Below, one piece after another: positions 43,297 through 53,720 of a stretch of DNA of 64,000 nt (the first letter of the stretch is position 1; each line of letters starts with the position of its first letter). The DNA comes from Candidatus Marinacidobacterales bacterium (lineage in GTDB: Bacteria; Acidobacteriota; Vicinamibacteria; Marinacidobacterales; DATDRI01), in contig CBDCNP010000002.1 in NCBI GenBank assembly GCA_965219415.1, positions 4,864,001-4,928,000 on the forward strand, read 5' to 3'. The notes below the pieces were generated by a model. That model had not been told where the DNA came from. It was given only the letters and a program-made list of their open reading frames with translations, and made no database searches. Position numbers and translations under genes: made by a program.

Positions 43297-43568
43297 CGTG
43301 AGGTCAAAATACTCATGCGGCTTCCCGTTGGAAAGGTGCAAACTGCTGACCCGATGGGCGTTCGAATATTTTGACCAGACGGGATTGCACCATCGATACG
43401 AGTGGCGAGAGGCAGCCTGAGTCAGCTTGGTCGCTCGCGTTACTCGGCTGGTCGCCGAGAAGTTCCTCCTCAGCACCTTCCCTCGCGCGCTGACCACGCT
43501 CTCCAGCATGTGCTCGAGGGCGGTCCGGGCCCTAGAATCCAGTCCCGGATTAATAATGATGATGGACA
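43297..43568. mobile_element. 85-bp F+F MITE (43297-43381) plus element X 3' end
   Basis: CGTGAGGTCAAAATACTC ... GAATATTTTGACCAGACG. Confidence 0.8.
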
Positions 43569-44307
43569 CGTTGGACTTCAGGAAGCTGCTTGGTGAGCGC
43601 CTTGAGCTCGTGCTCGATGCTAGCGCACTTGTCCTTGAGTTCTCGAATCTCGGAGCAGGCATCACGGAGATGCGAACGGAGCACGTCGGGCAAATCAGAA
43701 TCAGCGTCCTCGACGAGTTCGAAGAGGGCGGGCACGACGAAGTGAGCGCCCTTTGGGATGATGAATCCGAGTTCGCGCAGGAGCCCGCGTACGGCATTGA
43801 TGCGTGCGGTCCGTGTGGAGAGCCATCCTGAGCGCAGGCGATGGAGCGCAGCGAGGGTGTGCTGGTGCACGGACTTGATGGGTACGGGAAGAAGCTCCTC
43901 GTTCCTGTAGGCCTCGAGCAACGCCTTCGTGTCGGCGCGGTCGTTCTTGCTCCCGCGTCGATACGGCCTCACGAGGTGAGGTGGGAGCAGGACGACGTCG
44001 TGTCCCAACCTTCGGAACGTCCTTGCCCAGAAGTGAGCCGAGCCGCAGGCTTCGAGAAGCACGGTGGCAGCGCTCTGTTTGGCAAAGAACGACACCAATT
44101 TGGGTCGACTCACACGGAGTCGCTTGGACACCTTCCCCGCTTCTCCCGAGATGGCAATCTCGAAGACGTTCTTTGCAAGATCCACAGCGATCGTCGTATC
44201 TTTCATTCGGACTCCTCCTTTTCGATGCGTATTCGACTGACTTTGGCACATCGATGCCGTCTATGTCAGCGGAGGAGTCCATTCCATCACTTGATGGCGG
44301 AAGCACC
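43569..44307 (-). mobile_element. Truncated IS1111 copy 2 (43569-44287), again inserted in an IS1 TIR (44288-44307)
   Basis: Same junction GGTGCTTCCGCCATCAAGTG|ATGGAATGGACTCCTCC as at 20236-20272. Confidence 0.9.
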
Positions 44308-44425
44308 CCGTTGCTACTACAACTTCGTCCGACCGCACGGAGCTCTGAAGTTCCGACGTGAGACCCGAACTCCGGTATGGCCGTGCCCCTTGCCGCACCT
44401 CCAAAAATGGAGGCAGGTTATGCCC

Positions 44426-46204
44426 TTAGGGCGAATACTCGAAGACGCGAACCCACCGCCGTTGTTGCCAAACCGGAGAGAAGTGTCGGTCTCTCTCAAG
44501 AAATTTGAAGTCGACATCCATCGTCTCATTGCCGTCCAGCCGCCCCCACGCGAAATGCGTGAGACCCCAGCGAGTGGCAGCAGTGCTTATCTTGGTCTTA
44601 CTCTTGGACTCTACGAACCAAAACTGCGCCTGCAAACGTTCCGCGAGGTCGGTGGGCGGGATGAGGGCACCTTCAACCAAGAGAACACGTCGACCGCTCA
44701 GCGCGGGAATCCAAGGTGAGTAACTGGGGCCGGTGACGAATACCGCATCCGAATCCGTCTCCGCTTTGACCCATGAGATCAGAGGACCGAATTGGGGTGC
44801 GATCGGTCGGATGCTTTCGACGTAGACAGGATCCATCAACATTGGCTGCCACCAATATGGAAAACACCACGGGAGAGATAACGCGACAAGAGCAGCGATG
44901 CCTACAACGTGAAGAGGGGAACTCCCTAGATACTTGCCCGGGAGCTCAACTCTGTCAAGCCTTTGTGCGAGCCAAATCAGTACGTCGTGGGCGCCGAGCG
45001 CACCTGCGATGGCTAGGGACAAGTTCAGAAGCGAGCCGGCCACTTGTATTCCAATGACCGAGCTTGCCGGAGGGGAAAGACCGGCACCGGTCCATGCGAT
45101 CAAGCCGGTCATCACCAAGCTACTAAAGAGAAGCTCTGCTCGTTTGCCGCTTCGCAGCATACGAATCAAAGAGATAAGAGCGAGGTAAAACAAAAGGCCC
45201 TTGTCCAGGGTGAGAGCTAGCAATTGATTGAAGGTGAAATACCACGTGCCCGCACTTGCCGGAACCAACGAGGGCTCGAAACGTGAAACCCACAGCGGGA
45301 AAAAGGCTATCGCAACCGCAAGGGACACCCCCGCGGCTCTTTTTGCGCGATGTCTCTTCCGTGAAACCAATAGCCAAACGATCACTGAGACTACCGCGAA
45401 CCCGGCAAGTCGAGCTTCCAGTCCTCCCAGCAAGCCCAAAACGACACCGGCGGCGAGAAAAGACGAAAGACGACGCGCCTCGCCTAAGAGCCGAAGCCAA
45501 ATCATCAACAACCCCAGCGCAAACGCCAAGTGCGGCTGCTGTCCGAAGACCTCCGGCCAGAGTGGTCCCGGACTTCTGAGAAAGCTAAGTCGTGTCGAGC
45601 TGAGAAACAAAGCAAAGAAAACCGAGAGTCCTCTCACGAGTCCTTGGGAATCGCCGGAAAGGGCTTTTGTCGACCAGAAGATCGTTCCCGCTAGAAACAC
45701 CATGCCGACCACCGCCAAATGCTCGTATATGAACAAAAGCCGGTCGGCGTCGAAACCGGAGGCGACCGCCAGCACCATACTCCAGAGGGGATAAGCATTC
45801 GGTTGTTTCACCATCCATCCGTCTGCCGTGGTCCCTCTCGCCGCCGTCACCATGGAGCTGGCGAGCGCGGCCAATCCGCGTTCCCCTTCAACCAGCCCGT
45901 AGGGACGGCCGAGCGGAACTTCCAGCAAGACGATCCAAGCGAAGCAGCCGAGCAGCACGGACCCGCAAAAGAGCCACCATCGACTCGGCCAGCGGACCAG
46001 CGCGACCGCCCAAGTTAGGAAGGCAGCGGAGAAAACGTATCGAAAAGTGATGAAGTAGTCGGCGAACGTTATCGCTGGACCGCCAGGCCACAGCTCGACG
46101 AGGTCGCTTAACATCGGCTCGTTAAGCGTAACATGGTGGAATTCGGATTGACCGGCGAACAGATCAGCACAGATAGAGGGAATTCTCCTGGAGGTGACGC
46201 GCAT
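44426..46204 (-). CDS. Polytopic membrane protein, possible GT-C glycosyltransferase (start may be 46114)
   Basis: Many TM segments plus a soluble C-terminal domain; paralogous to 46472-48220 (FPYWW.P..MD, W.PAL.GR). Confidence 0.65.
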   Translation of the reverse strand: MRVTSRRIPSICADLFAGQSEFHHVTLNEPMLSDLVELWPGGPAITFADYFITFRYVFSAAFLTWAVALVRWPSRWWLFCGSVLLGCFAWIVLLEVPLGRPYGLVEGERGLAALASSMVTAARGTTADGWMVKQPNAYPLWSMVLAVASGFDADRLLFIYEHLAVVGMVFLAGTIFWSTKALSGDSQGLVRGLSVFFALFLSSTRLSFLRSPGPLWPEVFGQQPHLAFALGLLMIWLRLLGEARRLSSFLAAGVVLGLLGGLEARLAGFAVVSVIVWLLVSRKRHRAKRAAGVSLAVAIAFFPLWVSRFEPSLVPASAGTWYFTFNQLLALTLDKGLLFYLALISLIRMLRSGKRAELLFSSLVMTGLIAWTGAGLSPPASSVIGIQVAGSLLNLSLAIAGALGAHDVLIWLAQRLDRVELPGKYLGSSPLHVVGIAALVALSLPWCFPYWWQPMLMDPVYVESIRPIAPQFGPLISWVKAETDSDAVFVTGPSYSPWIPALSGRRVLLVEGALIPPTDLAERLQAQFWFVESKSKTKISTAATRWGLTHFAWGRLDGNETMDVDFKFLERDRHFSPVWQQRRWVRVFEYSP

Positions 46205-46471
46205 TTGGGAACGAAGTAAAAACTTGGAGAAACCACTTCGCCCACTTCATTGACGACACCTCTGCGGTCTAGTACAGTGGTGATAGACTGACGACGTGCG
46301 GGAGCACGGTGGATGCGCGACGCTTTAGACACTGTCACACTACCGCGACCCTCTTATGAATATAGTTTGGGCCTAGCAGCACGGCACAGGGAGTCGGTTG
46401 AACAATCCCTCGGATCGCACTCGGAGCCATTGAGTTCATTCGTAGACTCTGTGAAGCCCTAGGGTTTCCTT

Positions 46472-48220
46472 ATGCCTGAACAGCATTTAGTGTCTTTCTT
46501 TGCGCTGACGCGCATTACCTATCTTGTTCTCGCATTTCTCTTCGTGCTTGCCCTGGCTCGTTTGAAGAGTCCTTGGGTCGGGTTGGTCGGGGTTGCGCTT
46601 CTTTTCTTTATCGGCTGGCTAGCCTCAAACTATCCATTGGAGCGGTTGTATGGTTTGTTCCTCCCTGGTGACCGATTAAGGAATCTCTCCTGGACTATGA
46701 CGGCGGCGGCCGGTAACTCTCTTTTGTCTACCGGCATCATTGGCCAACAAATTAATTTTGATCCAGCGTGGGCCAGCCTTGTAGCTGCCTTGTCCTTTGG
46801 AAGTCCTGACCGTGTTCTTTCGCTCTATCCGTACCTGTCGGCCGGTGTGATGCTGTCGTTGATGCTATCGCTATTCTACCACTTCAAACCCCGCACCTCT
46901 AGCTACCCAGCCACCGAAGCTGGCGATTGGTCATACCTCCGGCCAGTGTCAGTGGTTTTTTTCGTCTCCCTACTCGCCACCGCTCCGCTCGACTATCTCG
47001 GACCTTATCGGGGCTATTGGACGAAAATGTTTCTTCTAAAGCCCAACCATGCTCTTGCTCTGGTTCCGCTAACCTTTGCGGTTGGACAGTTAGCGAAAAC
47101 GACACGACGGAGCATTCTGTTGGGTGGCCTCTTGCTCGGTCTGGTCGGCTGGGCGTTTATTGTCCACTGGGCGCTCATCTGCTTCGGTCTATTCGTATAT
47201 CTTCTCGTGATCTTGAATAAAAGTCGACCAAAGCTCGGAAGGGTCGGAAGGGAGGGACTGCGAATAGCCGCCATTGTTATGCTGAGTTCGGCGGTCGTTG
47301 CTCCTTGGTTCATGCGGCTCGCAACTGACTTTCCTCGAGCAGTTAGTTTGAGCTCAGCGTCTGGGCCGGAGATCGGTCGCGTAGCAGTTGGGGAGCACTT
47401 ATACCAAGGAAGTAACTCTCTCCTTTTTTTAGCGACTTTGGATCAAGGACTGGTCTTCTACCTTGGGGTCATCGGGGTAATCGCTTGGTTTCGAAGCCGT
47501 GAGCGCCGCGATCACTTTTGGGCCTCATTGGTGATAGGCTCCTACGGGGTCATGCTGGGAAACTACCTGCTTTATCTCATGGGCAGGGCACGGGGTGACG
47601 AACTTTACTATTTCCTATTGTTCGGGTTAGCTCGACCTGCGCATGAGGGCAGATTCCTACAGGCATGGGACGAACTTTACTATTTCACATTGTTCGTGTT
47701 GTCGGTGGCAGCGGGAAACGGTTTCTGGCAGTGTCTCATTTCCGCCAGACGCTGGTTGCCTAATGAGCGTATCGTGGCGGTCGCTTTTGTCGGACTGATA
47801 CCACTTGGTTTTCCATATTGGTGGAATCCAATGATCATGGATGGCCATTTCCGGCGCACGCTGGAGCCCATTCCGAAATCGGTCGTCGAAATGACCGATT
47901 GGATTCGAGCTGAGACCAGCGGGCTTGACGTTTTCGCAGCTTCCGCGGACCCAACGCATTGGTTTCCCGCGCTAACCGGCCGTCAAACACTCCAGGAGAA
48001 CGAGAGCGTCAGAGTTCTCCGGGGTATTCTAGCCGGGGAGATCCGACCCGATCAGGACGGTCGGCTACCCCACCGGTTATCTTACGTTGCGATGGATCGA
48101 CAGCTAGCACGGTCCGTCAACATTCATCCTGACGATCTCCAAGATCGACCGGGTTTCGAGCTTGCCACGCGAGTCGGCCAAATTAGATTATACCGTTTGG
48201 TTCCGGACCAACTGGAGTAA
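46472..48220 (+). CDS. Polytopic membrane protein, possible GT-C glycosyltransferase
   Basis: 582 aa; same architecture; first loop contains GDRLRN; internal DELYYF duplication. Confidence 0.65.
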   Translation: MPEQHLVSFFALTRITYLVLAFLFVLALARLKSPWVGLVGVALLFFIGWLASNYPLERLYGLFLPGDRLRNLSWTMTAAAGNSLLSTGIIGQQINFDPAWASLVAALSFGSPDRVLSLYPYLSAGVMLSLMLSLFYHFKPRTSSYPATEAGDWSYLRPVSVVFFVSLLATAPLDYLGPYRGYWTKMFLLKPNHALALVPLTFAVGQLAKTTRRSILLGGLLLGLVGWAFIVHWALICFGLFVYLLVILNKSRPKLGRVGREGLRIAAIVMLSSAVVAPWFMRLATDFPRAVSLSSASGPEIGRVAVGEHLYQGSNSLLFLATLDQGLVFYLGVIGVIAWFRSRERRDHFWASLVIGSYGVMLGNYLLYLMGRARGDELYYFLLFGLARPAHEGRFLQAWDELYYFTLFVLSVAAGNGFWQCLISARRWLPNERIVAVAFVGLIPLGFPYWWNPMIMDGHFRRTLEPIPKSVVEMTDWIRAETSGLDVFAASADPTHWFPALTGRQTLQENESVRVLRGILAGEIRPDQDGRLPHRLSYVAMDRQLARSVNIHPDDLQDRPGFELATRVGQIRLYRLVPDQLE

Positions 48221-48358
48221 GTAATAGAGCGACAAAGAGAATACATGCGGCTCTGAAGCACGTGCGCCTTGCCGAGTTCGCACCGACGCTAATGGAACTC
48301 CGGCGGGTGATTCGGCTTACTGGCGTCTGTTCGCACTGGGTAGATTTACGGGACCATC

Positions 48359-49557
48359 GGTGCTTCCGCAATTAAGTGTTGCGGCCAGCCCCTAACTGGT
48401 CTGCGTGCTAGAGTTTGGACCAGAATTCCGAAGACACAGTTCTTTCATCGTCAGGGCCGAGCCAAAGTGAAGAATAGCAGATGTCTCAATCTCGCATGTC
48501 CGTTGCGGGGCAAAGTCAGTTCCGGAAACATCGTTCGCCACGGATTCTACAGAACCAGGTCCGGGAAACGCCGTCGATACCGGTGCGGCGAGTGCGGAAA
48601 GACGTTCTCCTCGACGAAAGGCACGCCCTACTACCGTCTCCAACATCGAAGAGCTACTTTCGATGGGGTCATCGCTCTCAGAGTCGAGGGTGTCAGCATT
48701 TCCGCGATTTCCCGGATCAAAGGGATTGCCTGGAACACCGTCGCCCGCTGGCTCGAGAAGGCAGCCCAAGTGTGTCGTCGATTCAATCACAGAAGGATCG
48801 CTGGCTTCGCTGCCGAAGAGCTTCAAGCCGACGAGATTCGCACGTTCGCGGGCAACAAGAAGACACCGAGTTGGGTCTTCGTTACAATCGAAGTCTGGTC
48901 TCGGCTCTGGCCATCGACGGTGACGGGAAGGCGAAGCTACCGGAACACTCACGCTCTGTTTCGCGACCTTTCGAGACGGATGAATTTCGAGCGTCTTCCC
49001 TTGCTCGTCACGGATGGATTCGAATTCTACCAGAAGGTCATCCGTCGCTTCTTCGGTCCAGCGTGTCTCTACGGTCAGGTCCTAAAAACGCGCAGGAACG
49101 ATCGCATCATCAAGGTCGAACGCAGAGCGCTGCACGGAGCCGCGTGGCGGTTCGAAGACGCGCTCAATAACTCCGAGGACTCCTCGACATTGAACACCTC
49201 GTTCATCGAGCGGTTGAATCTGACCATCCGGCAAAGCTCGGCATACCTTTCGAGACGAACACTTTCCCACGCTCGCTCGACAGAGAGGCTCGATGAGCAC
49301 CTGGAGTTGCTCCGTTGCTATTACAACTTCGTCCGACCGCACGGAGCTCTGAAGTTCGGACGTGAGATCCGAACTCCGGCTATGCAGGCTGGTCTGACCA
49401 CGCGACGGCTCACCTTTCGAGACATCTTCTTGGCGATGACGATTCCTTTGTGGTCGCGGATCGAGGTTTTCCTGCTCAGTAGGGCGCGCAACCCGGTCTC
49501 TTCCGAACCTGTACCACTGCCCGCAGCCGCGTAGCAACACTTGATGGCGGAAGCACC
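48359..49557 (+). mobile_element. IS1-family element, copy 2; intact 355-aa transposase 48467-49534
   Basis: GGT-starting TIRs; Zn ribbon (C..C...RYRCGECGKTF), HTH, DDE ELQADE / VTDG / NTSFIERLN; no target duplication. Confidence 0.92.
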
Positions 49558-50263
49558 GGATCTTCCACCCTTGCCGTCGCCGCCTCCAGCATCGCCCTTC
49601 GGGGAATTCTTCAGCATCAATCACAATCGGGTCGCCGTTTACAAAGAGAAGCGCGCTCGACTCAATGCTGTCCTCGAAGAGCACGGCTTCCGCTATTTTA
49701 GGGGCGGACGAATTATCCCAAAGGATGAGATTCCGCGGGATCCGATGCGAAAGACCGCGAATACATCCGCACAACTCCACAGCCCATCGAGCGTTGAAGA
49801 ACTACTACAGACGCTACTTAAAGGTTTGCCGCGAGCGATGTACCCCCTTGGGCATCGACGTAGAGGCGCAAAATCTTTGACCTTCGAGTCTGAGTATGAC
49901 ATTCAGGATTTGATCCATTCTCAGCTTCGCCCATGGGTCTCCGATATTCGACCTGAGGAATTCACTCCTAGCTACGCAGGATCATCAACTCGGATGGATT
50001 TCTTGTTGCCTGACCACAAGCTTGTCATCGAGATCAAGCGAGTCCGTGACAAGACACACGCATCGAAAGTAGGCGATGAACTCATAGTAGACATAGAGCA
50101 CTATCGCCAGCACCAGTACTGCGACCGGCTGTGGTGTGCGGTTTATGACCCGGATCTGCTAATCAAGAACCCAGCGGGTATGATCTCGGATCTTGAAGGT
50201 AAGCGGTCTACACCTGGTGGGTCTGTTTCTGTCCACGTGCTGGTGATCCCAAGGGTAGCCTGA
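49544..50263 (+). CDS. PD-(D/E)xK nuclease, DpnII/MboI-REase-like; 5'-truncated, with the start supplied by the IS1 TIR
   Basis: EYDIQDL..IRPEEFTPSYAGSSTRMDFLL..VIEIK..DELIVDIEHY..YDP. Confidence 0.75.
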   Translation: MAEAPDLPPLPSPPPASPFGEFFSINHNRVAVYKEKRARLNAVLEEHGFRYFRGGRIIPKDEIPRDPMRKTANTSAQLHSPSSVEELLQTLLKGLPRAMYPLGHRRRGAKSLTFESEYDIQDLIHSQLRPWVSDIRPEEFTPSYAGSSTRMDFLLPDHKLVIEIKRVRDKTHASKVGDELIVDIEHYRQHQYCDRLWCAVYDPDLLIKNPAGMISDLEGKRSTPGGSVSVHVLVIPRVA

Positions 50264-50438
50264 AGCCCTCAAAGCAGTCCCTATTAGGAAGCCGCACCCG
50301 TGCCGACGAACGTCCCGAATCGCGATTCTTCCAGACTGCTCGACTTGGTCAGGTCGATCTTCCGCGACGCGGTGATTGCCGCTGGAGGCCGTGTCCAAAG
50401 CTGACAGAGATGGGTATCCGGCCGGCGCGATATTTGGT

Positions 50439-51693
50439 TGTGCCTTCTATTTATTTATCTGCGCGCACCAAACTTGATTAATCTCCGGTCTGCCAGCACC
50501 ATGCCGGCATGATTTCGTCGTTGGTTCCCGCTCTCATCTCCGCCTTCAAGGCTCGTCGCGAGCTGGCTCTCGAGAATGTCGCTCTTCGGCAGCAGCTCGC
50601 CGTCCTCCGCCGTTCCGTGAAACGGCCACGGCTCTCGAATGTCGACCGCGTGTTTTGGGTGCTGTTGCGCAGAATCTGGACTGACTGGGAGAGCGTCCAC
50701 GTCATCGTGAAACCTGAGACGGTCATCCGCTGGCACCGTTGTGGGTTCAGACGATATTGGACTTGGAAGAGCCGACGGCGTAGGCCCGGACGACCAGGCG
50801 TCGCTCCCCGAAATACGTGAGCTGATACGGAACATGAGCAGGGCCAACCCTCTCTGGGGAGCTCCCCGCGTGCATGGCGAGCTGGCGAAGCTAGGCATCT
50901 CCATTTCCCAGGCCGCCGTCTCCAAGTATAGGGTTCGCCATCGCACCCCACCGTCCCATACTTGGCGGAGCTTTCTCGATAATCATGCAAACGACTTGGT
51001 GTCGCTCGACTTTTTCACTTTGCCGACTGCAACCTTCAGAGTTCTGTTCGTCTTCATCGTCCTTCGCCACGACCGTCGCCGTATCGTTCATTTCAATGTC
51101 ACCGAACATCCTTCTGCCGAGTGGACGGCGCAGCAAATGGTCGATGCTTTTCCATGGGACACGGCGCCTCGGTACTTGGTACGGGATCGAGACCAGACCT
51201 ACGGAGCGTACTTCGATACTCGCGTCGACGGTCTCGGGATCGAGCAGGTCCTTACCGCACCGCGCTCCCCGTGGCAGAATCCATTTGTCGAAAGGATGAT
51301 CGGCTCCATTCGACGTGAGTGTCTCGACCACGTGATCGTCCTTGATGAGCGGCACCTGAAGCGAATCCTACGCGAATACGTCGACTACTATCATTCGTGC
51401 CGGACTCATTTGTCGCTTGAGAAGGACGCGCCCGAGCCTCGCCGGGTAGAGTCACCGGCGATGGGCAAAGTGAGAGCCATTCCAAAGGTCGGTGGTCTCC
51501 TTCATTATTACACTCGACGCGCTGCTTGAGTCCGATCCGCTCGGAACGACTGCCGGACTTCGCACCAGCTTACACCTCTACCCCTGAGTAGAGCCGACGC
51601 CGGCTCTTAAAACGTCCTACATGAAGACGACCAAAGCATTCCGGTTGCAGGAAGTTCGCCAATCTCATACAGCTCGAGTTTATGGAAGGGACA
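50439..51693 (+). mobile_element. Integrase-core element Y, full length; transposase 50509-51529 frameshifted near 50808
   Basis: Ends TGTGCCTTCTATTTATT / TGTCCCTTCCATAAACT; NPLWGAPRVHGEL, LDFFTL, RDRD, NPFVERMIGSIRRE. Confidence 0.9.
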
Positions 51694-51905
51694 AGCTGTT
51701 CGCCGGCCTCCTCGATGCTTCGACCGATAGCCGGGGCGAGCGCTTCCCATTTGGTAACGAACTCGGCATAGGCCCGGCGTGCTTCGATGCCGTCCTTCGC
51801 GCAAACGATCCGGTTGTAGTCACGCTTGAGCTCTCGTCTCGCATGAGCGGAGCAATGCTCGAGGAGAGGTTGGCGCTCTTGTGCTGAACGCAGCGTTGGA
51901 GAAGG
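51694..51905 (-). pseudogene. IS256-family transposase fragment
   Basis: QRCVQHK..ELKRDYNRI..FVTKW..SIEEAGEQL. Confidence 0.6.
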
Positions 51906-52019
51906 GCGGTAGGGTCGAGGGCTGGCGCGGTGCTCCGTAGGCACGGCCTATCTGTTTCTCCCCGTTTCGTGTGGGAGTGGCTCACTAGCCGCACCGTAAG
52001 TCCGTTTCCAGCCCCCGCC

Positions 52020-52065
52020 CGTCGTGTCCAAAAACACAAATATGTTTGTTTTTTTGGACACAACG
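52020..52065. mobile_element. 46-bp C+C minimal MITE
   Basis: CGTCGTGTCCAAAAACACAAA TATG TTTGTTTTTTTGGACACAACG, a near-perfect palindrome. Confidence 0.75.
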
Positions 52066-52089
52066 GGGTACGGTGAACCAGGAGGGTTT

Positions 52090-52431
52090 ATGGTGAAAAA
52101 GATTGGAGGGGAAGCGAGAGCCTTGAGAGAGTACAGGTCGGCGCGAATGGCCGACCGGGTACACGCGATCTATGTGCTTGAGGACGATAACGAGAATGCG
52201 GTGTTCGACGCAGAGCTCATCAGCGGCATTAGTAGTGAGCCACCGTGGTATGACTGGAAAATCAAAGCGACCGTTGTCAGCGGCGGGAAGTTACTCGAGG
52301 AGAACAACGGTAAGTTCGTGCTGAGATTCGCGCATGATTCGTACACGGCCCAGCAATTGCTGAACGGAAAGGCTCGTGAATTTGAGGCGCTTGGAATCAA
52401 GGTTCGGTTGGTCGATAAAGAGAGGGTTTGA
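52090..52431 (+). CDS. Hypothetical protein (113 aa)
   Basis: RBS GGAGG before ATG 52090. Confidence 0.6.
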   Translation: MVKKIGGEARALREYRSARMADRVHAIYVLEDDNENAVFDAELISGISSEPPWYDWKIKATVVSGGKLLEENNGKFVLRFAHDSYTAQQLLNGKAREFEALGIKVRLVDKERV

Positions 52432-52585
52432 CAAAGTAGTTTCCTACCTGTGTCTTCTATTTGTTCATCCGCGTGACCTGCTCCCCGAAAACTGGTTCAA
52501 ATACGATCCCGACTTGACGCCGCTGGACCTCCAACGAGGAAATGTTGAATGCTACCGAACGTGATCAGCGACATCACGAAGAGCC

Positions 52586-52677
52586 TGTGCCTTCTATTTA
52601 TTCATCCGCGCGCCTCGAACTTGATTAGCCTCCGGTCTGTCGGCACCATGCCGGCATTCGTATTTTTTAACACGACG
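52586..52677. mobile_element. 92-bp B+C hybrid MITE (a lone degenerate B end is also at 52449)
   Basis: TGTGCCTTCTATTTATTCATCCGC ... TATTTTTTAACACGACG. Confidence 0.65.
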
Positions 52678-52783
52678 CAGTACCATCGATTCGATCAGAC
52701 ACAGCAGCTGACGGCAAAACGTCCTGATACGATTGCCCATGCAGGCCATGACCCGAGTATTTCTGCACAACAAGGCCAAACCC

Positions 52784-53440
52784 ATGACTGAAACGTTCAA
52801 AAAACAACTGGAGGCAGTTATTGCCGAATATGAGTCGGCGCTTTCACAATCAGTCCATAATGATGCGTCCGACGTGCTCTCCCGAACCCAAGTTACGGAT
52901 TTACAAACGCGTTGTATTGCGGCGATTGAGAGAATTGTAGGTCGAAACTCTCCTTACTTTAGACAGATAAAGGCAATTGGTACGGGAAAAACCCATATAT
53001 GGAATCAGGTGGCGAGCCTGATAGGCGTTGCAAAGGCATTGCTTTCCGACATCCAGAATGACTACCTAAGTTCCTTTGAAGAAATCTTACACGGTGATAT
53101 GTTCAGCGATTTCTTGGAGATGGCCGTTCATCTCGTAGAAAAAGGATACAAAGATGCAGCCGCCGTTTTGGCAGGTAGCACCCTGGAAGTTCACATTAGG
53201 AAACTATGCGACAAGTATGGTGTGACAACTACATCGGGCAAAAATACGAAGAATGCCGACACGTTAAATGCCGATCTTGTAAAGGCGGGTGCGTATACAA
53301 AACTTGATCAGAAAAACGTAACAGCCTGGCTTGGATTACGCAACAATGCGGCTCACGGGAATTATTCCGAATACACCATGGATCAGGTAAAACTTTTCAT
53401 TGACAGCATACGGAACTTCATCACCCGATATCCTGCGTGA
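52784..53440 (+). CDS. HEPN-like (DUF4145-type) protein
   Basis: AAAVLAGSTLEVHIRKL and the R-x4-H motif RNNAAH; markedly AT-rich. Confidence 0.75.
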   Translation: MTETFKKQLEAVIAEYESALSQSVHNDASDVLSRTQVTDLQTRCIAAIERIVGRNSPYFRQIKAIGTGKTHIWNQVASLIGVAKALLSDIQNDYLSSFEEILHGDMFSDFLEMAVHLVEKGYKDAAAVLAGSTLEVHIRKLCDKYGVTTTSGKNTKNADTLNADLVKAGAYTKLDQKNVTAWLGLRNNAAHGNYSEYTMDQVKLFIDSIRNFITRYPA

Positions 53441-53472
53441 TATTGCTGAGATTTAATCCATGAAGATCATCT

Positions 53473-53639
53473 GGTGCTTCCGCCATTAAGTGTTGATGAG
53501 ATGACGCTAAGACTTTACGGTGCATTAAATTACAGCCAAAATAGCGCCGCTGACCTTTGCTGCGCGCTAAATGGAGCTTTAAGCGCCTTTTTTGCAAAGG
53601 GGTGCGTACACAGTACCAACAGCGAACAGCGCAAGCACC
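53473..53639. mobile_element. 167-bp IS1-type MITE, copy 4, followed by a transposase N-terminal remnant
   Basis: Homologous to 13112-13277; downstream VNRQQQDVIDYLRKENRVLR. Confidence 0.85.
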
Positions 53640-53720
53640 GGGTCAACCGCCAGCAGCAGGATGTGATTGACTACCTTCGAAAGGAAAACCGTGTGCTCCG
53701 AGCCGGGCTTCGGGGCAATC

